A DNA stretch of 64,000 nt from a virus. The stretch covers positions 56,180-120,179 of the IMG/VR virus record IMGVR_UViG_3300036773_000096. The stretch is one strand, 5' to 3'. Shown here piece by piece: positions 56,871-64,000 of this stretch (its first letter is position 1; each line of letters opens with the position of its first letter). Position numbers and translations under genes: made by a program. Under the pieces are notes generated by a model. The model was given only the letters and a program-made list of their open reading frames with translations. It made no database searches and had not been told where the DNA came from.

Positions 56871-57865
56871 CAAATAACCCCCGTCATCAACAAGCCCAGG
56901 AACACGGGCGCGCCGATCAGCAACACCCAGTAGATCGTGTTCGTGATGCGATACCACATCACCGGCTCACCCCGTTCTCGCGTCGCAGCACCAGCTCGCG
57001 CCCCGGTGAGTGATACGAGCACCCGTAGGCGAACCGCAAGGCCCGCCACTGCGCCAGGATCACCCAGTCCACCACCAGGTCGCGCCGGCACCACTGGTAG
57101 GAATCGCACGCCGCATACCAGCGGGCAGTGTCCAGGGCCTCCTCCGCGCGCTGGTAGTCGCGCATCGCCGAATACCAGCGGGCACCGAGCGCGAAAGCGT
57201 CCAGGAACGCCACAATGGTCGCGTCGTGACGTGACCGCAGCTCCGACGGGCCGCTGAAATCAGCCATCACGACGCACCGCCACGACGGTGACGCCGACGA
57301 ACGTGGCAAACACCCACAGGGCCACGTACCGCTCCCAGGTGGCCCGCCTGGGAGCGACCGTGACTGCCTGCCCACAGTGGCAGCACTGGCGCGAGCACGC
57401 GCACGAGCTGATCACGACCACCACCACCGGGGTAGCCGGCCAGCGTGGAGATACCAGCGGGCCGCGCGCTTGGAAAACTCGTAACCGCCGTAGATCAGCA
57501 CCAGGCGCACGACCAGCCACGGCCACGGCCACACCGGTAGGACAACCGCCAAACCAATGACCGTCGCGTACACCGCAGCGATCGCGGCGAGCAACACCCA
57601 GGACGATCGATCCCGGCTCACGAGCCCGGCTCCCGTCGACCCGCCACCGGCTTGGGGTGCCGGCGGTGCCACACACCGAGAACCCAGTCGGCGACGTCCA
57701 CCGGCCAGGCGAGCACCGTGAAGGCAAAGAACATGACCGCGAACAGGATCACGCGGGCGCGGGGCCACGCGTAGAAGCTCACTTCACGCGGGGCCCACTG
57801 TGACCAGTCCTTACAGGCGGTCGCCAAGCCGACGCCGAGGTAGAACGCGGCGAGCGCCCACCAGC

Positions 57866-58426
57866 TCACGACTGGTCCTCCGCCCAGCGGGCGCGGGACT
57901 CCTCAAGGCGCCGGTAGGGCTTCGACGTTGGTGCGACGCGCACACTGGAGTCACCGAGGCACAGGTCGAGGTCGCGGACTTCAGCGATAACCACGGGGAT
58001 CCGGCGGTTGGGTCGCAGACTGCGGTAGGTCAGTTCCCCGAACGGTTCGTGATTGGCCCCGTAGCAGGTTTTCATACCGTCGCGCACGGCGCTGGCCACC
58101 GCGCGCTGTGCGATACCGGCGGCGTCGCCGTAGTCGACCGCCCGCACCCTGGCGAACACCACCACCGCGACGTCGTGCTCGGGCAGCTCCGCGTGGTCAG
58201 CCGGAGGTGGTGGGATGGGTGCCTCGTAGACGGGGATGCCCCGCAGCTCGGCAGTACCTTCCGCGCTGGTCAGCACGTCGGCTTTGCGCGGTGACGAGCA
58301 CAGCCACACGCCCGACGGGTCAACGCCGGGGGTCATGAGGTGCGCGCGCCATTCCAGGCTGCGCGGTGCCCAGGACACCTGGACGTGCGGTCCGTCGGGT
58401 GCGTTGGGGGCAGTCACGGCCACCAC
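57866..58426 (-). CDS. hypothetical protein
   Basis: 186 aa; GAGGG RBS. Confidence 0.55.
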   Translation of the reverse strand: MVAVTAPNAPDGPHVQVSWAPRSLEWRAHLMTPGVDPSGVWLCSSPRKADVLTSAEGTAELRGIPVYEAPIPPPPADHAELPEHDVAVVVFARVRAVDYGDAAGIAQRAVASAVRDGMKTCYGANHEPFGELTYRSLRPNRRIPVVIAEVRDLDLCLGDSSVRVAPTSKPYRRLEESRARWAEDQS

Positions 58427-58800
58427 CGATCCACCCTCGACAAAGGCAAGCCCAAGGCTGCCGCGTAGAGCCCGGCGAAGTCCTCAACGAAACCGCGCTC
58501 CGTCCAGGAGCACACCCGATTCACGGGATGCTCACCGACGCACACATCAGCGCGGGCGATGTCGTGGTCGAAGGTGATCCGCACCGTGCGCCGGCCACGA
58601 GCGATCTCTTTGATCGCGGTGAAGCTCGCGGGGGCGCCCATCAGGGTGGGCACACCGCCCATGATCTGGGCGATAAGGCGTTCTTTGCGGCGGGCAGCGT
58701 CATCGTCTTCGAGCCGCTTGTTCACGCTCAGAACGTAGGTGGGCACGCCAGGGCGCCCCGCGCGGTGGATACGTGCGGGGCGCTGGTTGTCGAAGGGCAT
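58414..58800 (-). CDS. hypothetical protein
   Basis: 128 aa; TGATG overlap with 58800..59015; both share a (R/K)(T/A)VRITF motif. Confidence 0.55.
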   Translation of the reverse strand: MPFDNQRPARIHRAGRPGVPTYVLSVNKRLEDDDAARRKERLIAQIMGGVPTLMGAPASFTAIKEIARGRRTVRITFDHDIARADVCVGEHPVNRVCSWTERGFVEDFAGLYAAALGLPLSRVDRWWP

Positions 58801-59069
58801 CAGGGCACGTCCAATCTGGTCACGTCGAGACCGAGGATGCGGGCGCCACCTTGCGCGTAGCCCTCAGCGAGGTCTTCGTTGGCGGTGATGACGATGGTGT
58901 TGGTGACCTCATCGCCGACCACGATGTCCACACGGTGCAGGAGGGTCTTGCGGGCGAAGGTGATCCGTACGGCCTTGCGGGTGCTCAGTGCCGAGGTGAC
59001 TTCGAGTGCGGTCATGGGGGTCCAATCTCACTCAGGGATACCGGAACGATGGTCAGCGTACCATGCTGG

Positions 59070-59177
59070 TCAGACGAGCGCAGCGGCGGCGATCAAAACC
59101 ACTGCCAGGATGATCAGGGAGTAGGCGAGGACGGTCTGTGCTGCGGTGATCTCTGCGATCAGTGCGGTGCGCTTCAT
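59070..59177 (-). CDS. 35-aa membrane peptide (not in the ORF track)
   Basis: MKRTALIAEITAAQTVLAYSLIILAVVLIAAAALV; ECF-type promoter at 59187-59212 just upstream. Confidence 0.5.
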   Translation of the reverse strand: MKRTALIAEITAAQTVLAYSLIILAVVLIAAAALV

Positions 59178-59602
59178 GCTCGGTATATCGCCCACCCTAC
59201 CGGGTTCGTTACAGATCATCCGGGACGATCTCCAGCACGGCGACGGCCAGCGCCATCATCGACCGATCCGCGCCGAGCGACCCGCCGATCCTGGATAGCC
59301 GACGTTGCTCGGCAGCGGTAGCCAGCACTGCGGCCACGGCAACCCCGAGCGGTCCCGGCAACCGCTGCTCGGCAACGGCGCTGGCATCGAGGTAGAGCTG
59401 CATCACGCTGGTGCGGTGGGAGATGTGCCTGGTCGCGTCGTGGGTCAGGCCGACCAGCCGGACCAGCGCGTCACGCTCGGCGCTCATAGTTTCCCTCCGT
59501 GCCTGCGGGTCACGCTGGCCCCTACAGCCGGTGTACCCAACACAATCGCGGCCCCCCGACGGTGAGCCGGAAAGCCGCGATTGTGGATCAACACAAGATT
59601 CC

Positions 59603-59797
59603 CTACCTGCCCCAGCTGTACTGCGCCAACTGCACCGCGAAGACCATCAGGGCAACCGCACCGGCCGCGATCAAAACGTAGCCAGCGGCGAGGGCACCGG
59701 TCAGAACAGAACTGAGGCCAGCTGCTGCCAGGACTAGACCAATGACTAGAAGTGTCACGAGGAGGAGGGCGTTTACGATCCGAGTGCGTAGGTTCAT
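59603..59797 (-). CDS. 2-TM membrane protein
   Basis: 64 aa hydrophobic; ECF-type promoter at 59806-59831 gives a near-leaderless mRNA. Confidence 0.6.
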   Translation of the reverse strand: MNLRTRIVNALLLVTLLVIGLVLAAAGLSSVLTGALAAGYVLIAAGAVALMVFAVQLAQYSWGR

Positions 59798-60021
59798 ACC
59801 CGTATATCGCAGACCCTACTAGGTTCGTTACAGCGCCGACGCGACCGAGTTGACGCCGTCCTGGAATCCTTTCTCGTAGAACCACCTGCCCAGGCCGATG
59901 TAATTTTCCTGGGTTCGCCCGGCCAGTTCCTCCCACTGGGGCAGATCGGTGTTGAGCGCTAGCCGATCTCGAACCCAACGGCCAAACTGCTCGCGTGCCG
60001 CATCGTCCATGGTCACTCCCT

Positions 60022-60711
60022 TCAGTTGCGGATCACCGAATGACGCCGAACGTCCACTGACCCGAACCCCGTTGCCGCCGCCGTGCCGGCAACGCCCCCG
60101 GTGTCGGGCTCACCGGGCTCGGACTGCCCGGCCATCAGCGCCATGGCTTCGGCCAGGTTGTTGATCTGCGAAGTGTGGTCGCGGCCGTCGAGGATCAGCG
60201 TGAACGGGTGACGCGGGTCGGGGTGCCAGCGGTGCGCGTGGTTGGCGTAGTTGATCCGCAGTGACGCCGTGGCCCCGTTGGGTTTGGTCAACTCCAGGGC
60301 GACCACCCAACGCTTGCCGTCGCGCCCCACGGTCACCGCGTCGGTGCCGAGCTTGCGGGCGATCGCCCAGAAATCGCGCTGTACGGCCGCAGGAGCACTT
60401 CCGGGCGGCTCACTAGCGGGAAGCGGCGCTGGGGCCGCAGCGCGGCCGTCAGGGTCAGCAATCAGGCTCGCAAGCTCTTCCATGGACCGCGTCGTCGGTC
60501 GGGGTTCGCCGTCGACGAGCAACGTCCCGTCATGCCAGAACCACCGTCCCCCGCGACCGCTGGATCGCTTGAACCGGGCGGTGGCCACCACACGCGGAGT
60601 CGTGAGCATGATCAACCAGTAGCCGGCGACCAGCTCCACGGTGGGCGCCAGGCCCACCCCTTCGACCACGTGATCAGCGAACCTCTGGACACGATCCGGG
60701 ATTTCGGTCAC
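60022..60711 (-). CDS. hypothetical protein
   Basis: GGAGG RBS; promoter at 60735-60753. Confidence 0.6.
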   Translation of the reverse strand: MTEIPDRVQRFADHVVEGVGLAPTVELVAGYWLIMLTTPRVVATARFKRSSGRGGRWFWHDGTLLVDGEPRPTTRSMEELASLIADPDGRAAAPAPLPASEPPGSAPAAVQRDFWAIARKLGTDAVTVGRDGKRWVVALELTKPNGATASLRINYANHAHRWHPDPRHPFTLILDGRDHTSQINNLAEAMALMAGQSEPGEPDTGGVAGTAAATGFGSVDVRRHSVIRN

Positions 60712-60753
60712 AGAACCTCCACGGGCAGCGAGTACGGAACACCACCCAGTCTA

Positions 60754-61314
60754 CTACGCGGGACGGGTCATGGCCGCCTCGGCCCGAATCACCGCCCGCT
60801 GCGCCAACCGCCGCGCCGCATCGGTGTTCCAATCCAGGCCCGCCTCCTCGCACAAGGCCTGCGCGAGGGCCGCCATTCGCTGCCCCTGGGCCGCGATCGC
60901 CTCAGCCGACCGAGTCTCCAGGCGCAGCCGCACAGCGGCCGTTAAAAGCTCACGCAGCTCCTTGCGCTCACGGGCCTCCAGCTCCGCCAGCGCCGACACC
61001 TGCTCCCCGATGACCTCCAGCTCCTCAGTGCCGGGGTTGTACGCCAGGCGGTCCTTCACCAACGCGTCCACACCGTGCTCGGCGAACGCCTTGGACAACT
61101 GGTCGGACACCACCCGCAGGCGCTGGATCGACAGCGACACCAGCCGGGCGTAGACGTTGCCCAACTCGTCGCCATCCATTTGCGGGGAGGCGTCGAAGGT
61201 GCCCAACTCGTCGATGGTCTGACTGGTCCACGCCTGCGCCTGTTCGATCAACGCCGTGGCCCGCTCACGGCGGTCAGCGAAGGTGGCGGCGATGGCCACG
61301 AGGTCGGCTGGCAC
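60754..61314 (-). CDS. helical protein, possible terminase small subunit
   Basis: C-terminal EARERKELRELLTAAVRLRLETRSAEAIAAQGQRMAALAQAL recalls actinophage TerS tails; TACGCT-N6-GTG suggests a leaderless start. Confidence 0.4.
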   Translation of the reverse strand: MPADLVAIAATFADRRERATALIEQAQAWTSQTIDELGTFDASPQMDGDELGNVYARLVSLSIQRLRVVSDQLSKAFAEHGVDALVKDRLAYNPGTEELEVIGEQVSALAELEARERKELRELLTAAVRLRLETRSAEAIAAQGQRMAALAQALCEEAGLDWNTDAARRLAQRAVIRAEAAMTRPA

Positions 61315-61424
61315 GGGGGCAGCGTAGCGGCGGTTTCGCAGCTAGTTGCCAGATCCGGGATTCGGCCCTCTATAGGGGGCACCCTTTTTCTGCGACACGG
61401 TCCTCGCGCACGCGCGCGCGACTT

Positions 61425-61643
61425 TTTTCGTGATCTTGGATCGTCGCAGGTCAGGTGGGGTCCGAGATAAGGCTATGCAGCTAGTTGCCCAAAGAAGGTA
61501 TTCGTCACCGGAGGTGGTAGACCCTAAATCTAGCTGTAGATCTAACCTCTCCTCCGCCACAGACGTATAGCTTCTTTGGGCAACTAGCTGCATAGCCTTA
61601 TGCCGATATAGCCCTGACCTGCGACGATCCAAGATCACGAAAA
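61425..61643. repeat. symmetric double inverted repeat (31 bp - 11 - 31 bp - 73-nt core - 31 bp - 11 - 31 bp)
   Basis: 61425-61455 is the perfect reverse complement of 61613-61643; 61467-61497 is the perfect reverse complement of 61571-61601. Confidence 0.95.
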
Positions 61644-61794
61644 GTGCGACCCGGTGCCGTCCGGACGAGTGTCACTATGGCTTCTTGTTTCACGGGGGGT
61701 TAGTTGCAGCTACGAGCCGAAGGGGGGTCAGCTAGCGCGGCACCCTTCACCCGGTGCTCGTGATCTTGGAGGTAAGGGTGGGCCGTGCGTGATG

Positions 61795-61817
61795 TGGTAT
61801 GGTCGTCTGAGTTCCGG
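61795..61817 (+). promoter_or_regulatory. TGG-TATGGT-N7-GTTCCGG promoter
   Basis: Same class as the leftward promoters but on the + strand, upstream of 61907. Confidence 0.7.
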
Positions 61818-61906
61818 ATACACCCGCCAGCTACCTACCCACTTGAGCCGTTCTGGCTGCTGTTTGTACATATACGGACAGTTGTTAAGTTACTGAGGAG
61901 TATCGA

Positions 61907-63157
61907 GTGAAGATCAAACTTACCCTGAGTCACCTTGATGAACATTTAGGGGCCCTGCTCGCCTCCAGTCCAGTGACGGCAGCACGACACGGCCTGCTGG
62001 GCCTCGTGCATGACGCCCTGATGGCAGACGCACCGTTCATGGCCGACGTGCTCACCGAAGGGGCGGCCGATGTGCTCACTGAGCTGGGTGTCGCCACCGT
62101 GTACGAGGTGCCCGCCGCACTGCGTGCGCGGCAGGGTCGCCCCCCTACCCGGATCGTGTCGGCGCTGCGTAGTCCCGACATGGTCGACGCGCTGCATCGC
62201 TGCCTGTATCAGGTCAGTGGCGGCAATCCCGACGTGTCCGCTCTGGCGCTGGAGTGGGGACCGCTCAGTGATGACCCTGGTGCGGTAGCGCCCTTACGTC
62301 GTGACGATCTGGGGGCGCGTACGGAATTGGTGGATCAGCTGCGAGTGCGTACTGCGGAGATCATCGCGGGGTGGCGGCAGGCGCAGATGGGCTTAGCTCG
62401 CGGTGGGCGCGCGATGGATGGTCGGACGCTGGCCACGGCGGCGCGGGTGTGGCAGATTCCGCTGGTCACTGGTGAGCTGCCGGAGGTGGCACCGACGGCC
62501 GCCGCTGCGCTGTATCCGAACAGGCTGGGGCGCAGTGCGGCGGCTGTGATCTTCTCCAAGGTCAACGCCGCGATCAGTGCGAACGTGGGTGGCTTCGACG
62601 TTTCGGCGATCTTTGAGCCGTTGGCGCTGTTGGTCGCGATCGGTGAGTCGATCAGCATTGCCGACTTCACCGACACGCACCGCAAGCTCGCACTGAAGGG
62701 TGCACTGCCGGTGCGGGTGCGCTGTGGTGAGCCGCTGACGGACATGGCTTTAGACGTCCACTCATGGTGGCCGGTGTTCTCGTCGTGGGGCAGCTCAGCG
62801 AGGCGTGACGCGGTGGCGATCCCGACGGCTTGGCGGCTGTCCGGTGCCGAGGCTGACGTGCTGGTGTGGGCGTTGTGCAGCGTGGCGGTGCGGCTGGCGG
62901 TGGCGAGCACAGCTCCGCGCTCGGGCACCGCGTCGATTACTCGGTTTGACTGGTCGGCGCACGTGGCGGAGAAGTCGCCACAGTGGGAGGCCGGCGCCGC
63001 GTCGTTGTGGTCGTTGATGCAGCGTGGCCGGCAGGTGGAGAAGCGCACCGCATGGCCGGAAACGATCTTCCCGGCGTTGAAGGATGCGGCCACCTGGCCG
63101 TGGCGTTCTGATACCCTGGTACCTGTTCCGGTGACTACCGAAGGGGTGCCCGCATGA
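61907..63157 (+). CDS. 416-aa protein of unknown function next to the palindrome
   Basis: GAGGAG RBS; no motif recognised. Confidence 0.7.
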   Translation: MKIKLTLSHLDEHLGALLASSPVTAARHGLLGLVHDALMADAPFMADVLTEGAADVLTELGVATVYEVPAALRARQGRPPTRIVSALRSPDMVDALHRCLYQVSGGNPDVSALALEWGPLSDDPGAVAPLRRDDLGARTELVDQLRVRTAEIIAGWRQAQMGLARGGRAMDGRTLATAARVWQIPLVTGELPEVAPTAAAALYPNRLGRSAAAVIFSKVNAAISANVGGFDVSAIFEPLALLVAIGESISIADFTDTHRKLALKGALPVRVRCGEPLTDMALDVHSWWPVFSSWGSSARRDAVAIPTAWRLSGAEADVLVWALCSVAVRLAVASTAPRSGTASITRFDWSAHVAEKSPQWEAGAASLWSLMQRGRQVEKRTAWPETIFPALKDAATWPWRSDTLVPVPVTTEGVPA

Positions 63158-63462
63158 CCCGTGCTGCGCGGCGGTACCCAGCGAACGCGACGCAGCTCCG
63201 CACTGCCGTAGTTCGGTGGGCGCGCAACACACGCACCTGTCCGCGCTGTTGTCAACCGATTTTTGTCGATACGGCGTACCTGGATCGGGAAGTGACCTCA
63301 CCAGTGCGTCACGTTCGCACCCACGTCACCTGCCCTGATCAGCCCCTGTGGAATCGCCCATTGCTGGGCTCGGACGATCACTGGGGAGTATTGGTGGAAG
63401 CGACCATGTACGAAGCGGGGTTGCCGAACTGGCTTCCCCAACCAACGGAAGGTGGTCTGTAG
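63154..63462 (+). CDS. small Zn-binding hypothetical protein
   Basis: CPRC...H..C; ATGA overlap. Confidence 0.6.
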   Translation: MTRAARRYPANATQLRTAVVRWARNTRTCPRCCQPIFVDTAYLDREVTSPVRHVRTHVTCPDQPLWNRPLLGSDDHWGVLVEATMYEAGLPNWLPQPTEGGL

Positions 63463-64000
63463 TGGATTCTGACCCGTTTGACCGGAAGGTGTCTGAGCCT
63501 CCGGAGATTGTGGTCATCCCCGATTATCCGGCCGATTTGGGTGCGGATTTCGCGGCGGATGTGGCTGCGGCGGCACCGCCGTTTGTCGCCCCTGTCCCGG
63601 TGGTGGAGCCGGCCCCGACGGCGGTACCGGGGCCGGCGTCTGAACCTACCCCGGTGGCCGAGCCGGTCGAGGTCGACAAGCCGTCGCATGTGGAGCTGGG
63701 CGGCTGGCGCACGGGCAGTGACTACGCGGGGATGGCGATCACGGGCGCGGCGATCGTGCTAGGTCTGGGCGTGGTCGGGTTGGTCGGCTACGTGGGCTAC
63801 TCGATTTTCGCTGCGATCTTCGGTGCGTTGTCGGGGGCGGCGGTGGGCGCGGCAGGTGTGCTGCCCCTGTTGCTGATCGCGGGTGTGGCTTTTTTCGTCT
63901 TCGGGGGGCGCGGGCGCGGAGGTGCTGTTACTGCGGGAGCCTCTAGTGGCGTTGCCACGGTGGTGCGCACCTCGGCATTGATCGGTGTGGGGTTGGTGCG
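63462..64000 (+). CDS. membrane protein with a Pro-rich N-terminus, truncated by the window end
   Basis: GTG 63462 overlaps the upstream TAG; frame stays open to the end; multiple TM segments. Confidence 0.6.
   Translation, partial: MDSDPFDRKVSEPPEIVVIPDYPADLGADFAADVAAAAPPFVAPVPVVEPAPTAVPGPASEPTPVAEPVEVDKPSHVELGGWRTGSDYAGMAITGAAIVLGLGVVGLVGYVGYSIFAAIFGALSGAAVGAAGVLPLLLIAGVAFFVFGGRGRGGAVTAGASSGVATVVRTSALIGVGLV

Noticed and set aside
61342-61638. 98-aa ORF spanning the palindrome
   Set aside because: No RBS; it is a by-product of the inverted repeat

Overview
A 64-kb stretch of a high-GC actinobacterial mobile element, most likely a large tailed phage/prophage or phage-plasmid from a filamentous actinomycete. 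Left part (minus strand, ~0.9-21.9 kb): an HK97-type head module containing portal, MuF-like protein, a 2H-phosphoesterase-containing head protein, a 3,563-aa ORF, the major capsid protein and an IPT/TIG protein. The 3,563-aa ORF fuses a prohead protease to a long linker/cargo region and a DarB-like methyltransferase + SF2 helicase, and contains a separate, apparently ancestral gene overprinted in another frame. Middle (22-30 kb): a BldN/SigD-like ECF sigma factor, an anticodon-less tRNA-like RNA, and a Streptomyces-plasmid/AICE-type conjugation module (GntR/Kor repressor, Spd-like, TraA-like, TraB FtsK translocase, clt-like repeat array). Right part (30-61.3 kb): about 70 mostly small leftward genes of unknown function. 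Two recurring promoter classes are readable in the sequence: TAnnnT-N7-GTTCCG and GTAAC(A/G)-N16-CGA(T/C). A 219-bp symmetric double inverted repeat marks the strand switch at ~61.5 kb. No large terminase, tail, integrase or replicase gene was recognised in the window. All family assignments come from motif recognition by eye, not database searches.
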